From the NCBI GenBank assembly GCA_963790205.1, contig CAWBNQ010000001.1, positions 64,001-128,000 of the forward strand: 64,000 bases of DNA. Reading direction: 5' to 3'. The notes under the pieces were generated by a model. It saw only the letters and a list, made by a program, of their open reading frames with translations, was not told the origin of the DNA and searched no databases. How positions within the stretch are numbered: position 1 is the stretch's first letter; the number at the start of each line of letters is the position of its first letter. Made by a program: the position numbers and the translations under genes. Below are positions 9,532 through 19,261 of the stretch, one piece after another. This stretch comes from Nitrospirota bacterium. GTDB taxonomy: Bacteria; Nitrospirota; UBA9217.

Positions 9532-10386
9532 CTATCCTTTCAGCTTCACCCTCGCCTTTTTCAATAAAGCGTCGGGCACGTATGATGATTTAAAGACCCT
9601 CAGGTTCTCCTTGTCCAGGTCCTGCTCGAGGTTCAGGTATTTATAGGATGGCGGAAGGATCTTTGCGAAGTTGTTGAACAGGTACTGATAAATGCCCTTG
9701 AACTTCGTTCGCGCCTTGGCAAAGTGAAGCACGAAGGTCTCCGGGTTCAGCTCTTCTCCCAGCACGAAACCGGCAGGCTCGTCATTCGCATAGTAGATGC
9801 CGCCGCAGAGCACGAGCTCTTCGTAACGCTCGAGGGCCTCAAGACACGGCCCGTAATCCGTTTCTTCGGCCTTCATGTTCGACGTCTTCAACCAGTCGTT
9901 CAGGATGGAACGCGCCTCGTCCAGGCGGTCATTCGTAAGCGGCCGGGCGTCATGCGTGTAGTTTTCGAGGAACTGTTTGAGCAGGTTTCTCTTCTTATGG
10001 AGATGTCGTCCCTTGTAGGTGCTCATTTTTTCAACCGTGTACACATAGTCCGCATCGCCGTCCAGAAAGGCAACATCGAATTCATCCCGGTTAAACACCG
10101 CAAGCCATTCTTCCGGTATCGGGAAGAGGAAGTCGACGTCCCTCATCAGGTCCTTGAGATAGGCAGTGTCGATCCGACGCACGTCCGAGGTCGGCATGAG
10201 GTAGGTACGGCCGTCATACGATTTTCCCCTGATGAAGATTTCCTTATCAATCATCACTTCATAGTCATGGTTCGCCCGGAAGAGGTAGAGGTTGGGAAAC
10301 GTGTATTCCGACAGCGAGATCCGCACGGCCTTGAGCCGCGGTACGAGGAGGTCTTTATGCCGGAAGGAAAGCTTTTCGGATTTCAT
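9532..10386 (-). CDS. DUF2156 / phosphatidylglycerol lysyltransferase-like GNAT protein
   Basis: SEYTFPNLY, DYVY, KKRN, HFAKA..FKGIY, NLEQDL. Confidence 0.8.
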   Translation of the reverse strand: MKSEKLSFRHKDLLVPRLKAVRISLSEYTFPNLYLFRANHDYEVMIDKEIFIRGKSYDGRTYLMPTSDVRRIDTAYLKDLMRDVDFLFPIPEEWLAVFNRDEFDVAFLDGDADYVYTVEKMSTYKGRHLHKKRNLLKQFLENYTHDARPLTNDRLDEARSILNDWLKTSNMKAEETDYGPCLEALERYEELVLCGGIYYANDEPAGFVLGEELNPETFVLHFAKARTKFKGIYQYLFNNFAKILPPSYKYLNLEQDLDKENLRVFKSSYVPDALLKKARVKLKG

Positions 10387-10572
10387 ACGGGTGCGCCTGG
10401 ACAAGCGGAAACTTTCGTTTCGCCCCCCTGTGAGTTTCGGGCGTCGTTGCGGCGAATGACGTTACGCCGCCGGACCCCGGAGATTATGAGAACGTTGCCG
10501 GGACGTGCCGCGTACGCAACTCGTGCCCGCGCGGGAATGCCGCGAGGCCCGTTGCGGGGCGCGGAGAATGTT

Positions 10573-11301
10573 TCAGGCTCGCTCCTTCTCAACGATGCCG
10601 CCCCGGACCGCTTCGAGAATATAGGACTTGATAAGCGCCTGGTCCTCGGGGTTGATCTTCACGAACTTCATACCCATGCCCGGTTCTTTAAACGGGCTCG
10701 CCTCCAACGAATAACTGTACAGGACGACCGCCTCGAGTTCCATCGTCCTGCCTTTGAGTTCTACGCGGATCGGGACCCGCTCATTTACGTCCTGCGGTTC
10801 TTTTGTCCGGACGAACATGCCGAACTCGGACAGCACCGTAACGCAACCCTTGATCCCATCCGCCACAATGCCGATGGTCGCCTCCAAGCTGGTGCCGATC
10901 CTGATGTTCTTACGCGGGGTCTTTTCTATCACCGCCTGGATAGTTTGATAAAACAGTTCCACGTCCAGGGGCTTGGCCAGACAGGCGGCGATCTCTCCCC
11001 TGCGCGCCTTGAGTTCCAGGTCCAGGTCGCGCGCCTTTGCCAGGAAAATGACCTGGGTGTCGGAAAAACGGGGGTCTTTCTTCAAGCTGGAGACGAGGCC
11101 CGCGCCGATCCCGGCATCGGCAATGATCGCGGCAGGCGGCGCCACGTGCATGAACTCGACGGCGTCCGACGCCGTGCTCGCGGTGCAGATGTTGTAGCCG
11201 AACCTCTGCAGCACCATGCTGATCAGGAAACGGTCATCCACGTCATTGTCCACCACCAGAAAATACCAGTTCTTTCTCCCCGAGACGGCTGTCCCCTCCA
11301 T
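10573..11301 (-). CDS. Receiver domain plus PilZ domain protein
   Basis: N-terminal REC-like fold; RKNIR, LSEFGMF, PGMGMKF. Confidence 0.8.
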   Translation of the reverse strand: MEGTAVSGRKNWYFLVVDNDVDDRFLISMVLQRFGYNICTASTASDAVEFMHVAPPAAIIADAGIGAGLVSSLKKDPRFSDTQVIFLAKARDLDLELKARRGEIAACLAKPLDVELFYQTIQAVIEKTPRKNIRIGTSLEATIGIVADGIKGCVTVLSEFGMFVRTKEPQDVNERVPIRVELKGRTMELEAVVLYSYSLEASPFKEPGMGMKFVKINPEDQALIKSYILEAVRGGIVEKERA

Positions 11302-11642
11302 GCTCTCCTCCTTATCAGCTCACGACTGCGACACGCATTTTCTCCGACGCCGGCAAGGACGCCATCAATGATTGCTGTAGGAAAGTATAGCAGAAAATAT
11401 TCGCGGGGTCATTTCTGCCCGCCTATCTTTATGATTCACCTTGTCCCGCGATTTCGTTATGTTGAAGCTCTCGTCCATATTTTGTGCCATGCGGACGAAC
11501 TTGTTTCAGGCGAAACGGGGCCGAATGCATCCGCCATGATAACCGTAGTGACAAGCCGGGAGACCGCTGGCTGCTGAACGGTTATGCTATACTAAGAGGT
11601 AAGAAGACTTTTTTCGTATACTGTATCACACGGGGAGGACGT

Positions 11643-12425
11643 ATGCTCGTCATCGCGGACAATCTCAGCGTCAGAAATGCGAAGTATATGGAGGCGGTAA
11701 AAAAGAAGGACAAAAAGGCCATCGAGGCCATGGCAAAGGAGCTGGCGTCTCTCGGCGCGGAGATGATCAACGTCCAGGTCTCGCTCGACGGTGTCGGGGA
11801 TGAAGACGTACTGCCCATGGCCACGGAAGCCGTGCAGAACGGCGCCTCACTGCCCTTGTGCCTGGATTCGAGGAACGTGAAGGCGCTCAGGAAGGCGGTG
11901 CTGCTCTGCAAGGAGCCGCCTATCATCAACTACCTGTCCGCGGACGAGAAAAATCCCGAGGAAATGCTCTCCCTGGTACGGGATACGAAATCGAACCTCG
12001 TCATCCGGGCGCTCAAGGGGACCGTGCCCATGACGCTCGAGGCCAAGCTCATGATCATCGAGGACCTCATCGAGAAGGCGAATGCCGCTGACGTCCCGAA
12101 TGAACGGCTTTTCGCCGATCCCTCGGTCGTGCATATCAGCAAGGGCATGGGCCAGGAGCACCTCTTAAACGCCCACGAGAGTATTGTGGTGCTGAACGAG
12201 ATGGTCGACCCGCCCATTAATACCGCGGTCTGGATCTCGAACGTAACGACCGGGCTCCCGAAGCAGCTGAAATCCACCGTTGCCTCATCCTACCTGAGCT
12301 ACCTCGCGGGCGCCGGGCTCAATGCCGCGATGGTAAATGTAAAGGATGCGGAGATCATGAAAGCGGTGTATCTGATCAAGACCTTCCGAGACGAGATCAC
12401 CTTCGCGGCGGGGGATTTGGGGTAG
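11643..12425 (+). CDS. acsE: Pterin-binding methyltetrahydrofolate:corrinoid methyltransferase (AcsE-like)
   Basis: MLVIADNL, PLCLDS, IINY, LFADP, ISNVTTG, AGLNAAM; GGAGG RBS. Confidence 0.7.
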   Translation: MLVIADNLSVRNAKYMEAVKKKDKKAIEAMAKELASLGAEMINVQVSLDGVGDEDVLPMATEAVQNGASLPLCLDSRNVKALRKAVLLCKEPPIINYLSADEKNPEEMLSLVRDTKSNLVIRALKGTVPMTLEAKLMIIEDLIEKANAADVPNERLFADPSVVHISKGMGQEHLLNAHESIVVLNEMVDPPINTAVWISNVTTGLPKQLKSTVASSYLSYLAGAGLNAAMVNVKDAEIMKAVYLIKTFRDEITFAAGDLG

Positions 12426-12437
12426 GACGGCTCCTTT

Positions 12438-13115
12438 TCAGCTTTTCCTTTTAGCGCTCCTGACCCGGTACAGCCTCTCGGTGAAACCGCCTTCGGTTTC
12501 AAAGGCCTTTGCCTGGGCCGCAAGCTGCCGGTCGAGCAAGTAGCAACACAAGTTCAAAAGCGAAAGCGCGGCATTGGCCACCAGCGTAGAATCTGACACG
12601 GACCTGCACGGACTATCAGTGACAAGCACGGACTGCCGGTTTTTGTTACTGCTTTCCGTGTAAGTCCGTGCCCGTCCTTGTTTGTCCGTGTGCTTTTGTT
12701 TGTCCGTATGCTCTTTCCCCCGCTCCTCCTCCACCCAAACCCGCACATCCTCCAAAGACGCGCACCGCTTCGCCTTGAAGCGCTTGAGACTCGGATGGTC
12801 CGGCTCCCACAGGGGCAGCTCACGCTGCCGCAGAAAATCCTCGTAATCGAGCCGCAGTTCCTCCAGGCTCGCCCGGGCCACGTTGGTCAGCTTGAGTTCG
12901 GTTTTTTTGGAGGTAGCCGACGCCTGGCTGCCCTCGGCGATATTCTGCACGCCGCTCCTGGCCGCCTGCACCATCTGATCGTGCGTGCGGCTGCGCCTGC
13001 TGATATAAAGATCGCAAAACCGGACCGTCACGTCATAGACAAGCTGAGCAAGCTGGAAGCTCTTCAGATTGCGGTAACCGCCGTGTTTGGGAATAAGGGA
13101 TTCCTTCTCTATCAT
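12438..13115 (-). CDS. Four-helix-bundle protein with suffix domain (TIGR02436/TIGR04258-like)
   Basis: GGYRNLKSF, DQMVQAARSGVQNIAEG, NVARASLEELRLDYEDFL, FETEGGFTERLY. Confidence 0.88.
   Translation of the reverse strand: MIEKESLIPKHGGYRNLKSFQLAQLVYDVTVRFCDLYISRRSRTHDQMVQAARSGVQNIAEGSQASATSKKTELKLTNVARASLEELRLDYEDFLRQRELPLWEPDHPSLKRFKAKRCASLEDVRVWVEEERGKEHTDKQKHTDKQGRARTYTESSNKNRQSVLVTDSPCRSVSDSTLVANAALSLLNLCCYLLDRQLAAQAKAFETEGGFTERLYRVRSAKRKS
12597..12708. repeat. In-frame inverted repeat array, CACGGAC / GTCCGTG, 10-nt period
   Basis: CACGGAC-like at 12597, 12607, 12617, 12627; GTCCGTG-like at 12654, 12664, 12674, 12684, 12702. Confidence 0.85.
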
Positions 13116-13142
13116 GGCGACCTACCTGTTTTTGTTCCTTCT

Positions 13143-13180
13143 GTCCATGCCCATCCGTGAACCGTCCTTGTTCGTCCGTG
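13143..13180. repeat. Third arm of the same repeat, upstream of the four-helix gene
   Basis: GTCCATG, ATCCGTG, GTCCTTG, GTCCGTG at 13143, 13153, 13164, 13174. Confidence 0.8.
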
Positions 13181-13202
13181 CGCCCGGCAAAGCAGGCATG
13201 GC

Positions 13203-16046
13203 TTATTTACTCCTTTTTTTCTTTTTCGTCTTCATTGTCTCTGGTGCAGGCAGCAGGCTCGTATACTTGTGATACAGCTCAAACAGGAACGCCACGCGTT
13301 CGGCATCGGAGGTGAAGGTCTTCTTTCCATAAGCGGCATCAACGGCCTTATCAAGCGCTTGATGCGCCTTTCGTAAGTCCGGCGGCATGGCAACCGGGTC
13401 GTAGAGGTCAGCAAGTGACGCGTCGGGATGCGCGGCACGAGCATCGAGTACGGCCTGTGCTGCTTTCTCAATTGCTGATTTCTGTTTGTCGGTTGGATTG
13501 CTCGGCCAAGGGAAGTTGTTGTAGACCGATGGTGCATAGCTATAGCGACTTTCTAGGCGGCCAGCAACAGCACGAACCCATGCCATGTGCATTGTTGAGG
13601 ACAAGACGCCGAGATGGTAGAGCGTTGCACCGACAACGATCTGAAGTTTGTTACTGGCAATAATCGATGCGGGCAAGAATGCCATCGGAATGTATTGTCG
13701 ATTCTCGGATGAGACTTCAGGCACGGCTAAATACGCTCTACTTGGTTGGCGATCCTGTGTAAACAGTGTTGGGTATTCTGCGAACTCGCGTACGCTCTTT
13801 GTCGGGCTCTTCAAGCGGGCATTCCTTACTCCGGAAACCCGCTCATGGATATGAGGAAGTGCTTTTAATTCTGCCGGGCTGATATTTTTTAACCAAAGAC
13901 ACCATCGATTCATGCCTTGAAGCAATTCATCACCACCCATATATGGGCGCAGCCACTTCTTGGCGTCAGGCTCAGTCTTAAGCAGAGCCTTTTTATCATC
14001 CTCGTCAAGAATAAGAAATCCACCATCAGTTGGCTGACTACCCTTTTTCATTTGTGGTATATCAGGCAGTGGATCTGTTCGTGAAGGTAGCAGCATATCG
14101 GGTGCATCTACGAGATAAGGATTGATATTATAAGCTTTGCGTGCGTGAGGTACGCCGTTTATATCGGGATAGTCATAGATGGTTTTACAATCAGTATCGT
14201 GCAATGCAAAGCCTATGATGACACAATGAACCGCTGCTTCTCCACGAGCTTCATTGCTCCATCGAAACGTGCGATGAGCAAAATGGATCTTCGCACCTAG
14301 TCGTAGCAGCTCACTCCACAAAATGCCAACCTGCTCCCCTTGTGAAATCGAATTTGTTGAAACAAAGGCCATTTTTACACGGTTGCATGGCGATTTAATC
14401 ATCCCGGAAAGTTTATCCGTCAAACTCGCTATCCGGTCATCGCCCTTCACATACTTTACTGCCTTCAAATACCAGGCAGTAACATAGTCCAGGCGTCCAA
14501 AACGACCCTCGCTACCCCACACCGCTGTCATATCGGCAACTTGTTGCGCGTTGCGCCACTGATGACCCACAAACGGCGGATTACCAAAAACGTAGTCAAC
14601 CTGCTCGGCAGAGATTACTTTGTTCCAGTCCATTTGCAAAGCGTTCCCGCAATGGATCGACGCCGAGTGAATCAGCGGCAGGCGGCGGAAGTACTGACCG
14701 AATTCTTCGGACACCTTCATGTTCATCTGGTGGTCCGTGAGCCAGAGGGCGACCTGCGCGATCTGTGCCGGGAATTCCTCGATCTCGATGCCGTAGAATT
14801 GGTTAACGTCCACCTGGATCAAACGAAAGATATCCGTATACTGCTGTCCCTTTTCCGTCTTAAGCGCCGCTCTCAATATTTCAAGCTCCAACTTTCTCAG
14901 TTCCCGATAAGCAATGACAAGGAAGTTTCCACATCCGCAAGCCGGATCGAAAAATTTCAGCCGGGCAAGTTTTTTATGCAGCTCGAAGAGCTTGTTCGTG
15001 CTCCGCTTCGAGGCCTCGAACTCGGCCCAGAGATCGTCGAGGAACAGCGGCTTGATGAGCTTCAGGATATTCTGTTCGCTCGTGTAGTGCGCGCCGAGAT
15101 TGCGCCGCCGGGCGGACCCTTCTTCGTCCATAACACACTGAAAGAGCGCTCCGAAGATTGCGGGAGATATGCGGCCCCAGTCAAGCGCGCAACAGTCGAG
15201 AAGCAGCGTCCGCATCGCGCTGTCGCATGCGGATATGGGCAGCGTCTCCTCGAACAGCCGCCCATTCACATAGGGGAAAGCGGCGAATACTTCGTCAAGG
15301 CCCTTTTGACGTTTACTTTCGGGAGTGTTAAGGACCTGAAACAGCATTGACAGTTGCGGCCCGAGATCGGAGCCGTCTTCGACTGTATTGTTCTCGATAA
15401 AATCACGGAATGAACCACGTGGTTCAAAGAGCGTGGTGTCCTCGGCAAAGAGGCAGAAGAGCAGGCGAACGAGCATCACTTCAAGGACGTGTCCCTCGTA
15501 ACCCGCCGATCGCAAGCGGTCATGGAGCTTTCCCATGCTCTCGGCCGCCTTGATGTTTACAGGGTCCTGCTCGGTTATCTTCTGCGTCGTATAGCCGGCG
15601 ATGAAGCCGAACAATTTTATGTTCTTGTAAAGGTCCTTGAGGGGAAATTCATTCTGCGTCTTTGAATCAAGATTGTAGAGACGAATGCGGGCGAAGTCGG
15701 AGACGATGACGTAGCGGGGTAGGTCGCGTTCGGCCAGGCCTTCAAAGTAATCCAAAGCCTGCCGATATGCCGAATCGAGGTCCTTGCCGAGAGACTTGTG
15801 CTCGGCGATGAGCATTCCCTTCCAGAGAAGATCGATGAATCCGCCCTTGCCGCCTTTTTCCTCGTATCGTTTGCGGGCAAGCTTAACCGGCTCTTCAAAG
15901 CTCGCAAGACGCCTGCGAGACATGCCGAAGACATTGAAGAACTCATTCCAAAACGTCTGTGCCTCGGCACGCTCGGCCTTCGCTCCTTCCCACTCACGGG
16001 AGAAAGCGAGGGCGCGGTCTTTGATTTCGTTCAGGGAAAGGGGCAT
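13203..16046 (-). CDS. MmeI-like type IIL/IIG restriction-modification enzyme (nuclease, N6A methyltransferase, TRD)
   Basis: EAQTFWNEFF, FIDLLW..LIAEHKS, GAHYT, FFDPACGCGNFL, GNPPF, YNNFPWP. Confidence 0.92.
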   Translation of the reverse strand: MPLSLNEIKDRALAFSREWEGAKAERAEAQTFWNEFFNVFGMSRRRLASFEEPVKLARKRYEEKGGKGGFIDLLWKGMLIAEHKSLGKDLDSAYRQALDYFEGLAERDLPRYVIVSDFARIRLYNLDSKTQNEFPLKDLYKNIKLFGFIAGYTTQKITEQDPVNIKAAESMGKLHDRLRSAGYEGHVLEVMLVRLLFCLFAEDTTLFEPRGSFRDFIENNTVEDGSDLGPQLSMLFQVLNTPESKRQKGLDEVFAAFPYVNGRLFEETLPISACDSAMRTLLLDCCALDWGRISPAIFGALFQCVMDEEGSARRRNLGAHYTSEQNILKLIKPLFLDDLWAEFEASKRSTNKLFELHKKLARLKFFDPACGCGNFLVIAYRELRKLELEILRAALKTEKGQQYTDIFRLIQVDVNQFYGIEIEEFPAQIAQVALWLTDHQMNMKVSEEFGQYFRRLPLIHSASIHCGNALQMDWNKVISAEQVDYVFGNPPFVGHQWRNAQQVADMTAVWGSEGRFGRLDYVTAWYLKAVKYVKGDDRIASLTDKLSGMIKSPCNRVKMAFVSTNSISQGEQVGILWSELLRLGAKIHFAHRTFRWSNEARGEAAVHCVIIGFALHDTDCKTIYDYPDINGVPHARKAYNINPYLVDAPDMLLPSRTDPLPDIPQMKKGSQPTDGGFLILDEDDKKALLKTEPDAKKWLRPYMGGDELLQGMNRWCLWLKNISPAELKALPHIHERVSGVRNARLKSPTKSVREFAEYPTLFTQDRQPSRAYLAVPEVSSENRQYIPMAFLPASIIASNKLQIVVGATLYHLGVLSSTMHMAWVRAVAGRLESRYSYAPSVYNNFPWPSNPTDKQKSAIEKAAQAVLDARAAHPDASLADLYDPVAMPPDLRKAHQALDKAVDAAYGKKTFTSDAERVAFLFELYHKYTSLLPAPETMKTKKKKRSK

Positions 16047-16149
16047 CGCAAATTGAGAATATTACAGATTTCCTCAAAATGCAATGGTAAATCATCAGAT
16101 TAATTAATTGAGAGAGGGTGACTGGATTAGAAAAAAGAATGGCCTGCGG

Positions 16150-17157
16150 CTACCGCTGCGAATATTCCTTCTGCACGTCCGGGATAAGCCGCTGGTACTC
16201 TTCGTAGGGTATCTTCGAATTCCAGTTGTTCGTGGCCATGCCGACGCCGATCACAAGATAAAAGAGAACGAGCAGAATAACGGGAAAGAGCCAGGGCGTT
16301 ATCGTCCTGACCTTTTTGCCGGTGCGCAGCGAAAGGTCGAGCGCTCCCTCGGCAGGGCAGCGGGATACGCAGGTGAGGCAGCCGAAACATTCCTCGGATT
16401 TCACGACCTCTTTGCTCTCCACGTCGATCAAGGTCGGGCAGTGCTTCGTGCAGGCATGGCAGTGGACGCACTTTTCTTCGTTTCGTCTGATCTTGAAGGG
16501 ACTCAGGCGGCTTACGAGGCCGAGGAGCGCGCCGTAGGGGCAAAGATAGCGGCACCAGAAGTTCTTATACAGGACTGACAAGGCAACGAGTGCGATCAGG
16601 ATCCACATCGTGAGCGTCGACATATCGGTAAAGAACTTCAGCATCCGCACGTCCACTGTCTTGTAATAGTCACCAATAATAAATATTACCGTCGACCACA
16701 GAGGCATGACGCCGATAAATAAGATAAAGAACCCGAGCAATACGTACTTGAGTGACCGGAGCGAGATGTCCGTGAATCTGCCGATCCGGAAGTTCCTGCC
16801 GAAGATCTTTTCCCCCGCCATCCAGACATACTGCGACAGCGTGCCGATCGGGCAGATCCAGCCGCAGAAGCCCTTTTTCATGATCAGGGAAACACCGAGG
16901 ATGGCGACGAACAGGATGAAGCCCGAGGGGTGCACCGGATCGACAATGCCCGTAAAGAGAAAGTACTTGAAGGCCATGAGCCCGCCGATCGGCAAAAAAG
17001 CGTCTACCGACGCGGGCCGCCGCACAAAGGGGCTGGCCGGTACCTCGAACTGCTGGACGAACTGATAGAACCGGTAACCGATGAAGAGCGTGAGGAGGAC
17101 AAAACCGAACTGTACCGCATACCGCAGGAAGCGAAGATATGTTCTCTCTTTGTACAT
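16150..17157 (-). CDS. Membrane polyferredoxin (NapH/YccM-like 4Fe-4S protein)
   Basis: FCGWICPIG, WCRYLCPYG, two CxxCxxCxxxCP, TM helices. Confidence 0.88.
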   Translation of the reverse strand: MYKERTYLRFLRYAVQFGFVLLTLFIGYRFYQFVQQFEVPASPFVRRPASVDAFLPIGGLMAFKYFLFTGIVDPVHPSGFILFVAILGVSLIMKKGFCGWICPIGTLSQYVWMAGEKIFGRNFRIGRFTDISLRSLKYVLLGFFILFIGVMPLWSTVIFIIGDYYKTVDVRMLKFFTDMSTLTMWILIALVALSVLYKNFWCRYLCPYGALLGLVSRLSPFKIRRNEEKCVHCHACTKHCPTLIDVESKEVVKSEECFGCLTCVSRCPAEGALDLSLRTGKKVRTITPWLFPVILLVLFYLVIGVGMATNNWNSKIPYEEYQRLIPDVQKEYSQR

Positions 17158-17201
17158 GTTCGGATGATATATGTTTTACACCTCGGCCGCTATGATCCGG
17201 A

Positions 17202-17549
17202 TCATAGCGCTCCGTTTTTTTGGCGCTCGATGACCCTCTCGATCCCCAGCCGGGTCGCTGAAAATCCGGGGACCGTAGGCTCTTCCTCTTTTTTAACGGT
17301 GACAAAAAAATCGCAGCGCCAGCAGTTGTTCAGCTTCTGCGCGTAGGTGCCCTGGATCTTGCCACCGCAAAGCGAGCCGGCGATGGCCCAGCACGCCCTG
17401 CCTGCGTTGATGCCGCCGTGCGCCCCATGCAATTCCTCGTGCGTGGTTACGGGACAGACGCCGAGATCATGCGTTCTCGGTCCGCCGGGCTGCCGTCCGC
17501 AGTCCTTGAACTCCCAGCAGTTCTTTTTTGCACTATCAACAAGCTTCAT
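17202..17549 (-). CDS. Stand-alone two-CW domain protein
   Basis: NCWEFKDCGR...CPV...GRACWAIAGSLC...CWRCDFF. Confidence 0.8.
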   Translation of the reverse strand: MKLVDSAKKNCWEFKDCGRQPGGPRTHDLGVCPVTTHEELHGAHGGINAGRACWAIAGSLCGGKIQGTYAQKLNNCWRCDFFVTVKKEEEPTVPGFSATRLGIERVIERQKNGAL

Positions 17550-17792
17550 ACCGAACGCTCCTCTTGTTCATTCCATACGGAAAAGTCAAAAACCCGGCGC
17601 TGCACAGCAAGGGTTTTTGTGGAAGAATAATATACAGCGTCGCCAATGGGAAAGTCAACTTTTTTTCAACAATGCTCATGATTAATTTTTATATACTTTT
17701 CGGGCTGCGCACAAGCGCTTCCCCCATCTTTCTGTTTTTCTGAGCAATGCAATAAGCTTTGCAATCAACGCGGGACTGTGCTATTTTTTACC

Positions 17793-19181
17793 ATGCCGGG
17801 AATACTCGACGAATTTTTCTACCCCAGGACCGTCGCCCTCATCGGCGCCACGGACAAGCCCAACAAGCCCGGACGGGCCATCCTTGAGAACCTCGCCCAT
17901 TTTAACGGCGCGGTTTATCCCGTGAATCCCAAACATGGAACGTTGCTCGGCCACCGGTGCTATGCTTCGATCGCAGAGGTCCCGGAAAAAATCGATCTTG
18001 CCATCGTTGCCCTGCCGGCGGCGCTCGTGGGACATGAGGTCGATGCGCTCAGGGCAAAAGGCGTCCAAAGGCTCATTATCATCAGCTCCGGGTTCTCCGA
18101 GGCTGGCGAGGCGGGCGTGCAGATGCAGAAACGCATCGCCGGGAAAATACATGAATACGGAATGCGGCTGATCGGACCGAATGCCCTGGGCGTCTACAAC
18201 ACGGAGAACGGCCTCGACAGCTTCTTCGTCTCCCGGGAGCGGGTCTCGAGGCCCGCCGCGGGACGGCTCTCGATCATCTCCCAGAGCGGGGCCATCACCG
18301 TGATCCTGATGGAAGCGCTCGCCCGCGACGGGATAGGCCTTGCGAAGGCCGTTAACTACGGCAACCGGCTGGATGTTGACGATGCCGACTGCCTCGACTA
18401 CTTCGCCGACGATCCGCGGACGGGCGCTGTAGCCATGTATATGGAATCCGTCGCCGACGGGAAAAAATTCCTGCAAGCTGCTAAGAATTTCACGGCCAGG
18501 AAACCGCTCGTGGTCTGGAAGGCCGGGAAATTCGAGACCGGCGCGGCGGCAGTCACCTCCCACACCGCAACGCTCGCCGGACGGTATGGCCTCTATCAGG
18601 CGGCCATTCGCCAGTCCGGCGCAATCGAGGCCTATGGCTTCGAACACATGGTCGACGCGGCAAAGGCCGTGGCCATCATGGACTATCCCTGTATGGGCGG
18701 CAGGCTCCTGATCGTGACGAACGGCGGCGGCATGGCCGTCGCAGCGGCGGACCAGGCAGGCATGGAAGGGTTCACCATGCCGCGCGTGCCGGAAGGAGTA
18801 CGGGAAAGGCTGAGACTGGCTTTCCCGCCCTATTTCGTGCTGAACAACCCCATCGACATTACCGGCAGCGGTAAAGACGAGGATTACCGCACGGCGCTCA
18901 CGGAAGCGCTTCCCCATTATGATGCCGCCATCGTCATCGTGCTCATGGGCGCCACGACGGTAACTGAATCGGTAACGGAATTGATCGCCCGCGCCTGTCA
19001 TGAGGCGAAAAAACCGGTCGCCTGCTGCATACTCCAGGGGCTGGGGTACACGCGGGAGGCCATGTCCGTGCTCTTGAAACTCGGCATTCCCGTCTACCCC
19101 TCGCCGGAGCGGGCGGTGCGAGCGCTCGCGGCGCTCAGGAAGGTCGCGTGCAGAGGTACTCAGGAAGAAGCCCGCAGCTGA
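17793..19181 (+). CDS. acdA: ADP-forming acyl-CoA synthetase, alpha (CoA-binding) subunit
   Basis: VALIGAT, YPVNP, IGPNALG, SQSGA, SHTATLAG, NNPIDITG. Confidence 0.85.
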   Translation: MPGILDEFFYPRTVALIGATDKPNKPGRAILENLAHFNGAVYPVNPKHGTLLGHRCYASIAEVPEKIDLAIVALPAALVGHEVDALRAKGVQRLIIISSGFSEAGEAGVQMQKRIAGKIHEYGMRLIGPNALGVYNTENGLDSFFVSRERVSRPAAGRLSIISQSGAITVILMEALARDGIGLAKAVNYGNRLDVDDADCLDYFADDPRTGAVAMYMESVADGKKFLQAAKNFTARKPLVVWKAGKFETGAAAVTSHTATLAGRYGLYQAAIRQSGAIEAYGFEHMVDAAKAVAIMDYPCMGGRLLIVTNGGGMAVAAADQAGMEGFTMPRVPEGVRERLRLAFPPYFVLNNPIDITGSGKDEDYRTALTEALPHYDAAIVIVLMGATTVTESVTELIARACHEAKKPVACCILQGLGYTREAMSVLLKLGIPVYPSPERAVRALAALRKVACRGTQEEARS

Positions 19182-19261
19182 TAGCCCATGGCTGGCATCG
19201 TTTGCTATGAACTACGGGCCATACGCGAAAAGCCGCGGTAATCCGCGTCTCACCATACAGT

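Noticed and set aside
11500..11570. AAGCCGGGAGACC resembling the cobalamin riboswitch B12 box upstream of the acsE-like gene
   Set aside because: Other conserved elements were not found, and the likely extended -10 (TGCTATACT, about 11585) lies downstream of it.
9724..11577. 617-aa plus-strand ORF (likewise 28903..30525, 17781..19001, 41085..42479, 51529..53010)
   Set aside because: Antisense to clear genes; a typical high-GC codon artefact with no recognisable motifs.
12438..13180. Diversity-generating retroelement (Avd-like four-helix gene plus repeats)
   Set aside because: No reverse transcriptase and no TR/VR pair with adenine-specific differences in the window.
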